Counted from the first letter of the stretch, positions 11,001-23,476 are shown. The stretch is DNA of 61,663 bases from Chara braunii (GCA_003427395.1 BFEA01000009.1:4465741-4527403), one strand, 5' to 3'. Numbers and translations are program-made. Notes: generated from the sequence alone by a model not told the origin.

Positions 11001-13880
11001 TCATGTTCCTCCTCATAATACACCTCTTTTTCTTGAGTGATCAGAACAGGCACCGACCGAGCCTTCTTGTATGTCCTTTTTGACCTAACGTTGAGCCCCT
11101 GTCATCTAAAAAGGACCCTTGCCTGACCGACGACAAGGACCCCTCCACACAAGAATTAGTTGGTCGGTAAACGAGGTGCATAGTCCCCGCACCCTCTTCG
11201 TCGGCCACAACCTCTGTCAGGGCCTACACCAAACTCGGATCAAGCAAAGGGTACGTTGACACAAAATCGATTGCCTGCGAAATATCTGGCAATGTCAAAG
11301 AAAACTCTTGAGGATCACCTTCTTCCTCAACCGACTCCTTCTCCCTCCTCAACTTCTTTGATTCCGAGAAGGTGTAGGACTCGGGATTCAGTCGGTTTCG
11401 TGAATTTTCCGGTTCGGTGTTCGCACACCTCGCCACTTCATAGTAACCGCAAACCGGATTGCATAAAACCACAAACATGGTACCATCATGTTTGTTGATT
11501 ATTATACTTTTCGTTCTACACAGAAACGATTTTCCCAGGAGCACCTCATGTGCCACCTTTGACAAAATATAAAAATATGTTGGCGCCTTGACCTTTCCAA
11601 CCGTCACCATTGCGCCATTAGCCGTACCTCAAAATGGAGTCGCACCGCTAACTCCAACAAAAAATCCGAAGTCATTGCGATTGATCTGCACCCCAGCCTC
11701 AATCGTGTGGTTTTCCCTCATTATGTTCATTTCAGCCCCATCACCCACAAGGGCAGAAAACTCTACAAGGACGATTCAAACATTCATATGACCAGTGGCT
11801 ACACATCGCCAGTACGTTTTTGTTCCAGGAGGTGCCCAATTAGCCTCTGGAGGAATAATCTCTCCAAGCTTAATTGTCATGACCTTCTTTCGTATCATGT
11901 GTTGTTTAAACTCCTCACGGAGTTTTGGCGAAACTGCCAGGATCTCCTTCAAGGTGACCAAGTCACGCTAACTCTTCAAGATTTGATCCGCGAGCTGCTC
12001 AAAATCAATCACTTTTTCAACCGGGATTGTGTACACATTCTTTTTCTTTCGAGGTTCTTCTTCTTCAACCTTGGCCTTCCCTTTCTCTGGATCCCTCTCC
12101 ATAGCCCTCTGCCTTGCCTGCTGTTCATCGTCAGCACGCAATCTCTCATCCTCCTCATCTTCTGCTTCCTCTATTGGAATGGGTTCCTTTTCCCGAGGTC
12201 CTTTTGAGCTCTCCCCTGACGCAAGTTGCGATTGGGAGGTCTTCCTTCCCTTTCGTGTCTGTACCATTATAGTCGGTGTCCCTCGCTTGAGCAAAGGACG
12301 AGACATCATCATTGGCTGAACCATCGACATTATTTCTGGTGCCGACGTGGTCGTCGATATTGATCCATCATGCCCTTCGGTTCCCCATCCACCAAAGAGG
12401 AACACATTGGAAAGGTTGGGCCAGATTTCTTCCATGTCAACACACAACTGAATAATAGAATCCCGACACTTACCCAGTTTCCTGATTACTTCCCGAGCTC
12501 GGCCAATAATATCTCCATTCTTTTCCTCCATTTTCTTTTCCTTCTTAAAAAACCATTGCCTCTTCCAATTAAAAAAGACTCGCCTCTTCTGGCGAGGCTA
12601 AAACGGACTGTGGCCGGCAGAGGACGACCCATTCGCCGGAAAACTTCTTTCCTCATCCCCCCTTCAATATTCGGGTCGATGAGGTTTCCTTCAAAAACAA
12701 AAACCTCGCCTTGGATGGTCGTGAAGACTATCTGATCTTTTTCATCCTTGGCAAGGATCAGGCAGAAACGAACAATGTGACCTTTCGTGTCACAATATTT
12801 GCAGACGTACTCTTGCCAGTTTCCACGTCCGCCACCATTTCCACGACCCCTACCACGGCCTCGACCACCTTGTGGTTGAGCCTGTGGACCCTGACCTTGT
12901 TGTCATTGACCTGCTTGTTGCTCTCCGTTTCCATTTTCTCCACCCTTATTACTTTCCCCACGCTTTCGAGAAGTACCCTGTCCTCCTCATATTTGATTCA
13001 ATGCCTTTCTCTTGGCATTGGTAAATTTCCGAGGAGACTCTTCTTCCTCCTCATTGTCACTCTCACTACTACTCTCCTCGATAACTGGCTCTTTTTTCTT
13101 TATCTTTATTTTTTTCACTTTAGCCAACATCAGCAGGAGCTTTAACCGCTCCTCTCTCATACTGGTCATCATATCCTTCATATCAGCTAAGGTCTTATTG
13201 ACCTCCTTGTCCTTGTTAGCCCCCAAGTGTACCCTCTCCCGATCCTCCTTCTGCTGATTCAACAGTCGATGGAGGATCTGGTTAAAATTCCTGGCCAACA
13301 AGTTCTCGCGAATCTTGGACCAGTCATACCTCCCTTGCATACCTTTTACCAACTTTCGTTGTTCTATCTCTGTGAAGTTATCCATGAAGATAAGACAGTG
13401 ATCCTTGTCAGGAAGGTCGGGAACCAATCGTGCCACCTGTTCGAACTCGGTTAAGAATTGCTTCGTCGTATCAAAGTTCCGCCGACTAACCTTTTGCAAA
13501 TCTGCCAAGTCCACCAGTTGGTCACCCAATTGGTACTTTTCTAACAACTTTTCTTTGAATTCAGGTCAGTCCCGCGAGTCCCATACCAACTCCTCCACTT
13601 GCTCCTTATACCCCACCTTGCAATACCTTTTTACCATCCGCAGTATCTTCTCATTCGACCATTCGTAAATTCCCCAGTTGTTCAAACTTATCTTCTCATG
13701 CTGAGGAATTGTTGTCATCGAATAACGGAACCTCGACCTTCCGAACCTGTTCCTTCTGAGATTGCTGAATGATTCTGGCAAGCTCCCGAATGTCGTTCCT
13801 CCCCTCATCCTGATTGTCGTTGCTATTCTGAATCCCAACCATCTTGAGTGAACAAGATCACAACAACACATTTTCAAGAA
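8080..13880 (-). pseudogene. gag-pol: gag-pol polyprotein pseudogene (Gag, zinc knuckle, protease, RT, RNase H, integrase)
   Basis: CX2CX4HX4C knuckle CKYCDTKGHIVRFC at ~12762-12803. Protease ALVGDGAEMN at ~11730 (catalytic D mutated). RT DLYLGYNQ / PQGWTN / FIDD at 9968-10756. RNase H ETDAG...YSQFKKE at 9615-9971. Integrase HDGVAGRH...CKFCLPC and VHLDL. Many stops and frameshifts. Confidence 0.92.
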
Positions 13881-14061
13881 TTAGTCAGTTTCCTTGAAAA
13901 ATTCAAATACTACTTCTCATAACTTTTCCTTCCCTCTTTTTCTTATACCTTTGGGATCAAATTACTGACTTTTTCTAAGGCCAAACAAAAAGAAAAGTAA
14001 CTTTTGATCCCATCAATCACTCAAGTGTCGTTTCGCTAGGGACAATGGTAATTTGTTGTTA

Positions 14062-14079
14062 CCCCCGGCAACGGCGCCA
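14062..14079 (-). promoter_or_regulatory. Primer-binding site complementary to the tRNA-Asp 3' end
   Basis: Minus strand reads TGGCGCCGTTGCCGGGGG, 2 nt after the LTR end TGACG. This is the PBS sequence known from Athila-like elements. Confidence 0.85.
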
Positions 14080-15121
14080 CCCGTCAAACGCATTGGCTCC
14101 CGCATTTTTGCAAGGCACGGGAGCCCTCCCGGCCATGTCATGCAGGAGTAAGCAAAACAAAATGAGAGACAACTCGAAAACAATACTTAACAATCCCACG
14201 AGCTGCCGAGACAGTTGCCGTAGCGTCGTTCTGTCGCTACTCTAACCGGGTGCGCCAACAGTACATCCCACGGTCCCCTACGACAGAATAGGTTTTCGTG
14301 AGGCATATGCTTTCTTGAAGGAGCTGTCACCACTCTTAGGGCGTATCCCTACCGAGCTGCTGATGCACGTACGAAAGTTTTTACATGCAATCATAGAGGT
14401 AGGTCAACCGAGGGCGTGTGCTCGTCTCGCTGCAGTATAGGAAACGCTTGGTTAAACGCCGAGTGAACCCGAATGTCGTCTGTTCCCCAGGGCGTTGATC
14501 TCCTAAGTACGGAGCGTACGTTGGTTGACTAGGACGGTCTCAACCAAGCGTGAAACCCTTAAATACGATCCTAGTCCCTTGACAATCTTTTGAAAACAAA
14601 ACAACGAAATCCATATACCTTATATCAAAATTACGCAAAATCCGGTTTTGACTTGATGAGATGGTTTACTAAAGTTATTCTTCTCAATCTATATGATTGA
14701 AGAAAAAAATTATATCCCCATTTCCAAGACGGACGACTACCATTGAAGAAAAGATTAGGAAAGATCATCCTAACATCATGCCCACTGAAACTTGTCAATG
14801 AGTACCGTCTGCAAGTAAATTTCACTGCTACCATGCAGATCAACAAATGATCTGGTTTCTAGCTGAAGTTTGAATTCTCAGATTGATTACACTCCTCGAA
14901 CATCTCTAGCTTACTTTCGGCATGCATGTCCATGTGTGTGATTACCCCTCAATGCATGAGCATGATAGTGCAATCATTGGGGCAATCCAGATACTATCTA
15001 TCTGGTTGGTTTTATCTACGAAAGATTTTGTTTTTGTTATTATTACCTTTGTAGAGTCATATAAACATGACTCTACCTTAGGAACACTCAATGTGGCACC
15101 TGAATATCATTCAAGGCGCGT

Positions 15122-16111
15122 CTAGTCGATATAGTATTGTCGGCCCTCGCGAGCCTCTGCTTCAATCTGGTGGAGTCGTGCGAACTGCTCGTCTTCTAAA
15201 GTCAAGGTGGTAATGCGACCACATCACATGACCCGAACCACCCACGTACCATAGACGGAAGTCATCCGCAACGCTAGCCTCCAAACACTGGCGAGAAACG
15301 GTTGTAGCATTCGAAAAAGGTGCCTAGTCGAAGTGTCCCTAATCCGAATAACGCCGTAACGCTCTCCATATAGGATAATTGTAACACTAACAATGATCCG
15401 AGAAAGACATTGGAGTTTACGCACACAATAAAAATACAAAGTATATCCATTAAATTCTTTCGGAAGTCGGGCCACATTGACACGAACATCGGCGCGCGAG
15501 TCAGGAAAAAACCCTTGCTAATCTTTGAGCAAATCAACGAATCCAACCCAACGAGTGGGCGTGTTGTCCTGCACAAATAAGAGTCGTTCCGCACGTCGAA
15601 TCAGCTCCTCATCCATAGTATTGCGAACCAGCAGATATCTGGTCTGAGTAAGATCCCGCCGTCCACTAGTCATCTGCACATCCGAAAAAGTTACCAGTTA
15701 AAAGAGACGTTCCAAAATCTCGCATGCCTCATCATCAAATGTGATAACGTCAAAACGTTCAGAGCGAAAGATATTAAATTTGTTCGCTTGTACCCGTCTC
15801 ACATGATGAAGGAGACTGGAAGGACCTTGCTGATCATTCAGCCATAGCACAATATAAATAAATATCCCTCTAATCTTAGGAGTGTCTTCTATAACTGGAT
15901 TCGCTTCGTGAATTACAACGAGATTCATCTCTTCGTAATCTCGTTATGGATTAGGAGGCGCAAATTCATATCACACAATATGTTGTTCATGCTCTATCAG
16001 GAAAAAATAACTCGACGGTGGGTTCCTCACACTTCCATCCCAAGACCTTGGCTTATCCCGTTCCGAAAAAACTTCATGCGGATTATAAACCAAACGTCAT
16101 TTTCGTACCAT
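15122..16111 (-). pseudogene. Decayed ~330-codon ORF of unknown function located upstream of the PBS, i.e. within the LTR
   Basis: Single frame from ATG 16111 (MVRK*RLVYNPHEVF...) through track ORFs 15698-15928 and 15224-15475 to TAG 15122. Six internal stops and no frameshift. Confidence 0.6.
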
Positions 16112-19100
16112 ATCGGCACGTGATCGTGTCGACACTGCTATCCAATCTATCGCCACCACACGAGTGCTGAACAATCCAATGATCACTGCTCCTATGAACA
16201 TCTGGACGACAAAGTAATGACTTTGTCAAAATAAAATTTATATATACCAATCTCTATACTCAATTTTCATTCCCTTCCCGGGCCGTGATTCTTGTGTCAC
16301 GGTCGTACAACGAAGGTAGTGCCTACTTGCACTCCTTTGACACTATTTGAAACATGAGCCGGACTTCTTTTGGTACCAGTTCTCCATACGTTCATGGCGC
16401 CTACAATGACTGTCAAAAAAATATTGAATTCGGTCTTCCCCATTTGAAAGTATGAGAAAACGACTACCCTTTCACATCAGGACATCCTACCCTCTAGAAA
16501 GTGGTCTGGAATACCTCTCCTCCTCATCCGAATACTTTGTTCAGATCTCAGAAGTGGCTGGCTCCACCTCGATACAACATGATACTCCCCCGTTAGACGG
16601 TCCACTCTAGGTCAATAACGAGACCGACTCCTAAAGCAACGAACCCCTGCCCCGGATGCCTCTTAGAGAGATAGAACCCTAATTACTAGGTGTAGACATT
16701 TCCCTATACTCCGACTGGGTCTTGACTTAGACGAAAGGATAATAAGACAAAGATGGGTACTGAGATTTCTTTAGACGGGTAAAGAAAGAAAGTGTCATTC
16801 GGGATAGAACGTGATGTTCATTGGAAACTTAACTAATTTATTTTTATTTTTATTTTTTTCTTCTTCTCTTCCCACGAATTCCATCTTTCCGACACTCGTC
16901 GATTCATTTTTTTTTCTTTACCATGTTCTTCTTTGACATGTAGACAGGTAAAGAGTTGAAGAAAGATAAACATTTCCATCATTTCTTGAGCTAGCATAAT
17001 GCCGATCTTTTCTCACACATATTCCTTTATCTACATGCACAACAACAAAACAAACAACCCAAAAATCATTCATATCCCAACCAAAGTCAGCCCCCTTTTC
17101 TCACATGCATCGCAACTCACATCTTACTCTACCTTTTCTCTGAATCCAAAGCAAGGTCATGCAAGGTGTGGGTTCACAAAGGTGTGTAAAGGAAGCTGAG
17201 TCACAACTGACCTTGAGTGAAGTTGAAAACGGCTCACTCAAGAAAACCTAGTTCTCTTCAACAAGATCGGTCACACAACTCACGTTGTGGCCGTTTAGAA
17301 AAGATAAACCACGTCCCCTTTCAGGTGTCTCCACTGACACAAACGTCACTTACTAAGACTGAAGCGAGATCGCCCTCGAGGAGGGTGCTCGCACTTAAAA
17401 GTCCCATGTGGTTCCACTACCGTTCCAACGGCAGCCTGTCCACCAAGAATAGTTACACCTCAATCACCAACCCAACCTCCACCAATTACCAAGTCTGACC
17501 ACAAGGTATTCACCAACACTTGCCCCTATCTCAACCCCCAGCTCTCTCGGTCGCAATATGGATCCCAAGTATCTCCACGCCGTCGCCACGCCACCAAAAT
17601 CTTCCAAAAAAACTTTGGATTGCGGCACTTGTTCAGACACAAAAACACTTCCAACCAAAATGTCTAGGCGCACACCTAGCACCCAGACCACCAAGCACTG
17701 TGCCACCCACAAACCTTGCCGCGCAATCTCAGCAGCACCTCCCCTTAAAACGCTGCCAAACATCATGTCACAGAAAAAAATCACCACCGCGTCGCACAAT
17801 TCCGGCAACACCTTCCCTTAAAATGCTGCCAAATATTGCGCCGCAAAAAACATCACCGCCGCGCCACACAATTCCGGCAGCACCTTCTTCAAAAAATATT
17901 ACAGCGTAGCCTTCCCACTCAAATATTACTTGTCACTGCACAGGCCATCGGACAGCACCTTCCCTTAAAACGTTGCCTTTATCCGCATGGTCCAACCCTG
18001 CCGCAGTCTTACAGCTACGACTCCCACACAAGCCTGCAACACAACCACAAAGGTGGGGCAAAAAACTCCCAGCGTTTAGCTATGGATGCCTTTCTCCTCC
18101 TCCAAGTGCCTCTGCAGCCCTCCAACACTTCGCCTCAATACACTAACAGGCAGTCAACCAACATCTACTTCAAGTAGAATGCCCCAACAGCATTGCCTCA
18201 AGTGTGAGGCTGTTGGGTGGCAAGCTGGCTTTTATAGCTGGCCGAAGGTATGTGGGCACCTGCCTTGCCCACAGACAGGCAAAATTTCGTTAGTGCTTCT
18301 GACCCTTGATCTAAATCAATGGCCAGGAGCCCTGTGCCTTGGTTTTCCCCTTGGGGAACCAAAACCATCAATTTCCAGGAGTACCTGGCCATCTTCCCTA
18401 GCTAGGTGCTCCTGGAATTGGTTGTATTCAACCATTTCGGAGCTGCCTGTTCAACTGAACAGTTGCAGTCCCATCAACCCCTAGAACCTTCTAGGGGCTG
18501 CACCTGTTCAACGACTGCGACCATATTCGCGGCCGTTTCCTCTTTCCCTTCTTTTCCTCTCGTCTTCTTCTGCCTATCCCCTATATCTACCTTAAACGCG
18601 CGGCCACATATATGGCCGTTACTTTTTTTTTTTCCCTTTCTTTCCTTTTCTTTTTCTCTTTCCTTTTCTTTTCTCTCCCTTTTTTTTTTATACTAATCCT
18701 ACATTTCAAAACGTGCCCGCACCTAGGCATCAACAGTGCCAGGTTCGGGCATTCATAAACAGTTGCTGCCCGTTTTCAACCACGAACGGGCGCAGCTGTT
18801 CACGCCCACGACGTTCAAGGGAGGGAAAAAAAGAAGAAAAAAAAAAAAAAAAACAACCCCTCCCCCCTAAAAAGGAACGAACCAACTTACCTGAATTGTG
18901 CAGAGAGTCCCTAGTAGCCGCGCCGCCGCACGTAGCCACCCAGCGTGGCAGGTTCATTTACTTTTGCCCATCCACAGATGGGTAGTCTCTACATGCCAGT
19001 CGGAGGGCCAAAGACTTACTTGTTGACCGTTACGCTTCGGCCACCGCCAGGTAAGCCTCTTCGTTCCCCTCCTCTCTCTCACTCTATTTCTCCAACTGTC

Positions 19101-19458
19101 ACGACCACAGCAAACGACTCGTCCTTTCCTCGCAGAAGGCGTGTGCAGCGTCCCTAGTAACTCAAGTACAGGGCTCCAAAACTCACTCCCGAAAGTAGCC
19201 ACACTTTTGCGGCGAATTAGTTCGATTTCGCCCATCCAACGACTTGAAGTGGCAGCCCGTTCGTCTAAAATGAACGAACACTTTACTAAATTCATGAAAA
19301 AAAATAAATAAATCTAAAAACAAAATATATTTAAAGAAAATTTAAAACGAATCTAAAAGAAACATCTACTAAAAATCTAAAAAAAAAAAAAAAAAACCAG
19401 CAAGGTAACCGGCGTTCGGGACGGGCCGAATGCCAGAACGTATGGGACCCCTTGGGGA

Positions 19459-19653
19459 NNNNNNNNNNNNNNNNNNNNNNNNNNNNNNNNNNNNNNNNNN
19501 NNNNNNNNNNNNNNNNNNNNNNNNNNNNNNNNNNNNNNNNNNNNNNNNNNNNNNNNNNNNNNNNNNNNNNNNNNNNNNNNNNNNNNNNNNNNNNNNNNNN
19601 NNNNNNNNNNNNNNNNNNNNNNNNNNNNNNNNNNNNNNNNNNNNNNNNNNNNN
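19459..19653. other. Assembly gap (N run)
   Basis: Direct reading. Confidence 1.
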
Positions 19654-19824
19654 AAAAAAATATGAAAAAACGATATGTTATGGAAAAAAATAAATTAAAT
19701 AATATTTGTCTGAGAATTACATCCGAATTCCTTACCGAATTTGAAATAAAAATAAAATATGAAAAACTAATACTAATAATAAAAATAAATAAAAAGAACA
19801 AGAAAATTAAATTTAGTGAGTGCG

Positions 19825-20170
19825 CGAGCATGTTTTCGACACCGCCATCTTTGGCGATTTTTTTTTTTTTTTTTGGCATAGTTAAATGCCCTTAAAATTT
19901 ACAGATGTGTACTTCATATAATACAAAACCCACTAAAAAAGTTTCAAAAAATAATAAAATTGTTTAAGCCCCGAATTAAAACGAAAATAAAAAGTAAAAA
20001 CTGAAAAAATACGTCAGCGAGCACGTTTTGACACCGCCATCTTTGGCGATTTTTAATTCTTATTGGGATTAGTCAAATGACTTGAGAATTTACAGGCATG
20101 TACCTCACGTCATAGAGAACTCAGAAAAAACAAATCAGAAACAAATAATTATTTTTAGGCCTCGAAATCA
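19825..20170. repeat. Degenerate ~190-bp tandem duplication
   Basis: GACACCGCCATCTTTGGCGATTTT...AATTTACAG occurs at ~19837 and ~20030. Confidence 0.7.
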
Positions 20171-20556
20171 TTTTTGGCGGGGGCCGAACGCCGTCAGGTT
20201 TGGACCCCGTACGGGACCCCGAACGCCCGTACCTACGGAGGTCTGCCCGGGGACCTTCGTACGTACGGGCTGGTGACCCTGCTAAAGAGAAAAAAAAAAA
20301 AAAAAAAGAACTTACCTCTTGCAGGACGGCCGCCCATTAAAACGGGTGCATGTGAGGTGGACTGGGGCTGTCAGTGTCCCAGTCACTTCAGAAAGCGCCA
20401 ATGGTCGCTATCTGTTTAGTCTTAGTTTTGAGTTTTGTTTTTTTTTTTCTCTGTTGGCTGTAGCCAACAGTCACGCCTCGTGGCTAGCCCACGAGTTGGT
20501 GAAATACAGACTCGAGTTCGATCCCAGCGGGATCGAAAGACATTAAAAAATTTTCT

Positions 20557-20609
20557 TTTGGGTCATTTCTTGATTTATGTTTGTCATCCTTGCACAGGGC
20601 CAAGCTAAT
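20557..20609 (-). pseudogene. U6: U6 snRNA 3'-half fragment (AGC triad, ISL, 3' stem; no ACAGAGA box)
   Basis: Minus strand ATTAGCTTGGCCCTGTGCAAGGATGACAAACATAAATCAAGAAATGACCCAAA versus recalled plant U6 ATTAGCATGGCCCCTGCGCAAGGATGACACGCATAAATCGAGAAATGGTCCAAA: 7 mismatches and 1 gap. Confidence 0.85.
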
Positions 20610-21314
20610 ATGCGTGCGGCTGATCTCAACCACGCGATCTCTGAGATCGTGCGACCGAAATTGATCGCGTCACTTCGGAGGAACCCGAATGTTCCTAACA
20701 ACAGGAACTAGCTCAGTTGCCCGTCGTCAGGCTTGATCCCTGAATCTGCAGGGTGAAAGTTAGATAACAGTACCTACTGGGCTAGCTCCTATCACAGGAG
20801 CTAAGCCCGCAACTGCCTCCCTGTAGGCCCACCTGCCATAACTGGGCAGACTCGGCCTGCCTCACCTCTATCCGCGTCGCATGCCAACTCGGCAGGCAAC
20901 CCAACTTTGTGGCTTGGCTCGACGGCCCGCGACTGGCTGCCAAACGGTATCAGGCCTTCCGTACAGAGTAGACCTCATGGCCCGACCTTCTATTTCCTTC
21001 GTATCGTGGCCCAACATCTAGCTCGACCACTCCTTTTCAGCTTACTTAGAACCTAAATCGTGTGGCTGCTATCTGCACGCTTCTGCGACTTTGACAAAAA
21101 TGAAGCATTGCCATTCACATCCGTTGCTCCCGGATACTACAAGCATCCAGACTGAAGTTCAAAGACTTTTAGTCTCTCAGTCATAGGTCATGTCTAAATA
21201 ACTTTTGGCAAACGACAGTCTCATTAAGTCCTTCACTTCAACAAGAAAAAATCGAACAACATCCGATGTTTCAAACCCCGACAAATTACCCTATTCAGGG
21301 TATTTGTCGTGACA

Positions 21315-21900
21315 GCGCTGCCGAAATTTGTGCAAAACCAAGGAGTTAGCCCAATTTTCACTTCTTAAAGTTTAACTTTTGTCTAAGTTTTATGTTTGGC
21401 TTAATAAAAAAATCAAAAACCTTCTTTTCTAGGTGGAGTGCTGCCCAATTTTTTTCTAATTCAAGGAGTCATACGAAATTTGACTTTGGAAAGTCAAAAT
21501 CAATTTCATATTTTATATCTAACTTTGTATAAATTTTGGATATACACTTTTATAGAGGAAGTGATACCGTTAGTTAAATTTTGTCTCAGCATGAACTCAA
21601 CTCTTACATCGAGTTTCTATCGGACTTGGTATGAATCTGAAAAGTCTACTTCTCTAAAGGAGATGTTGCCCAAGTTTTTGATAATTCAGGAAGTTTGACA
21701 AAATCTGACCCTCTAGACTTGAGAATCTTTTCAACTTTCATATTCGGACGCGTATAAATTCTAAAAATGTACTTTCCTTACGGGAAGCGCTGTTGAAATG
21801 TTCCTGGTTTAAAGGAGTGAAATTATAGTCTAATAGAGAAGATTTTGGACATCGACCCTTTGTATGGGAGATGCTGCCTAAAATTGTCCATTCCTTGGAC
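21315..21900 (+). repeat. Degenerate internal subrepeats of LTR A (GCGCTGCCGAAATTT...GGAGTTAG motif)
   Basis: The same motif family recurs about three times at 40575-41070 with ~230-bp spacing. Confidence 0.6.
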
Positions 21901-23476
21901 ACTTGCTTAGAGGTAGATTTATACTTAGTTATGAAAATATTTTAAGTGAGAGTGTGACATGGAGATTTCCATAGACCTAAAGTTAGTCTTGGGAATTGGT
22001 CTGTCTTGTGTTACATATATATGTATATATTCTGAGTACTCGTGCGATCTACTGTGACCGTGCGTAAGGATTGAGTGAATTGTGTTGAGAGAAAAAATAG
22101 ATTTCCCGTTTTACTTTTGCTTCTTAAGGTTTTTATAGTCAGACGTTGATGTTTGTGCAAGCCATTTAAGTCAAACCCCTTGGCCTTTTTTCAAGCCTCC
22201 AATGCTGGAGCTTGTTTCTATGGTCATAAGGGTAGACTGCCACTACAGGTCGGGGCGTGTATACCACCCACTCTCCGTAGGGTGTAGAAGAGGGTGTGGT
22301 TCTCAACCGCCTTGGCGGTTGTCTGGTGTTGAGAGATTAACTCCTCAAGGCGTATGTCAGCCGACACTTGAGTGTCGAACGTGACCCTCAAGGCCACCAA
22401 GGACCACCCGATTATGGGTAGTACATAGTAGGCCATCATTGCGATTGCTTGCGTATTCAAACATGGTTAATCGATATGAATAAGCCTGCACCCGTGCGAG
22501 TTTTGCGCGCCTCGCTTAACCGATTTTCGTATTAAAAGGTTATGGATTGGATACAAAAGACAAGGAGTGTTTTGTTTATGTGAGTAACTTGACTCTATGT
22601 TCTTGACATGGTGTAACGCGTGGTAAGAAGGATCAGTTCTAGTTGACCGACGACGATTCACACTACGGACTTCAGCCCCCCAGTGCGTTGATTCCCGTAC
22701 AGGTCCGATAGAGGCGTGAGACCATGTCTACACCCGATGCTATAGCGTACAAGAAACACTCTCTGTTGGGCCACCTTTGCGATTGCAACTGATTAGCTTT
22801 CACACGTGGTTCGGTAACTCGGTGGGATACGCCCGTTCAACCCCTTGAGCGGAGGTAAGTTGTACCTCACGTAACCCTATCTTGTCGTAGGATTTCGCGA
22901 AAGGTACGACTGACGCACTCGGCTGGAGCGGCGACGAAGCTCCATTGCACCGTGCTGAATCCTGCGTGACGTGGCCTGGAGGGTCCCCTTGTGGGACCGT
23001 GCGCTCAACAACAGGTTGCGCACCCGTGCTCCTCACTGCAAGTCGATGACGAGCTGAGTTTTATGCCCTTGCGACCTTCAACGTCACTTCAACTTTCAAC
23101 TTTTGTGATCGTTCGAGAGGGTGGGCAATTTTGAGGTGAGGGCTTAGCAAGGGGCAGGGGATGCATAGGGTGGCCGGTTGTCCCTAGGAGGCCGAGGAGA
23201 TCACAATCTTTGAGTTTGACATTTCAAAATCAAAATGACGAAGGTCCACTTCGCAGGCGAGAGGGCCTAGAAGTTAAGAAAAAAACAAAATCTGAAATGG
23301 CTCGTGCCGACCAGGCCTGTAACCTCTTTTCTAGCCGAGATACGCAGCACGCATCATTCGCAACTTGGGCTGGAGAAGTTCTTCGGAGGAACGTTGGGTA
23401 AAGCAACCCTTCTAATTCTTTTGAATTTGTTAGTTTTCTTGGGCTAGATTCATAAAAAAAGGGGCATGGGTTGCAC

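Larger units (their letters stand above)
6245..21314 (-). mobile_element. Element B: decayed non-chromovirus Ty3/gypsy LTR retrotransposon, tRNA-Asp primed
   Basis: 5' LTR 14082-21314, PBS 14062-14079, gag-PR-RT-RH-INT order on the minus strand, and a 3' LTR remnant at 6245-6544 homologous to 21051-21314. Confidence 0.85.
14082..21314 (-). repeat. Giant (~7.2 kb including an N gap) 5' LTR of element B
   Basis: Starts TGTCA at 21314 and ends TGACG next to the PBS. 16560-21314 is an inverted homolog of 28115-31865. The terminal ~200 bp resembles the LTR ends at 22850-23010 and 42240-42440. Confidence 0.7.
3316..23010 (+). mobile_element. Family-A Ty3/gypsy solo LTR (3316-~6244 plus 21315-23010, ~4.6 kb) split by nested element B
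   Basis: Termini TGTTG...CAACA and a 4-bp direct repeat ACAG at 3312-3315 and 23011-23014. The rejoined flanks are colinear with the paralog at ~2361-2378. Both halves are colinear with the LTR copy at ~39200-41300, and the start matches 48975 onward. Confidence 0.8.

Noticed and set aside
20480-20530. tRNA gene or tRNA-derived SINE
   Set aside because: A B-box-like GTTCGATCCC is present, but I could find no cloverleaf, convincing A-box or tail.
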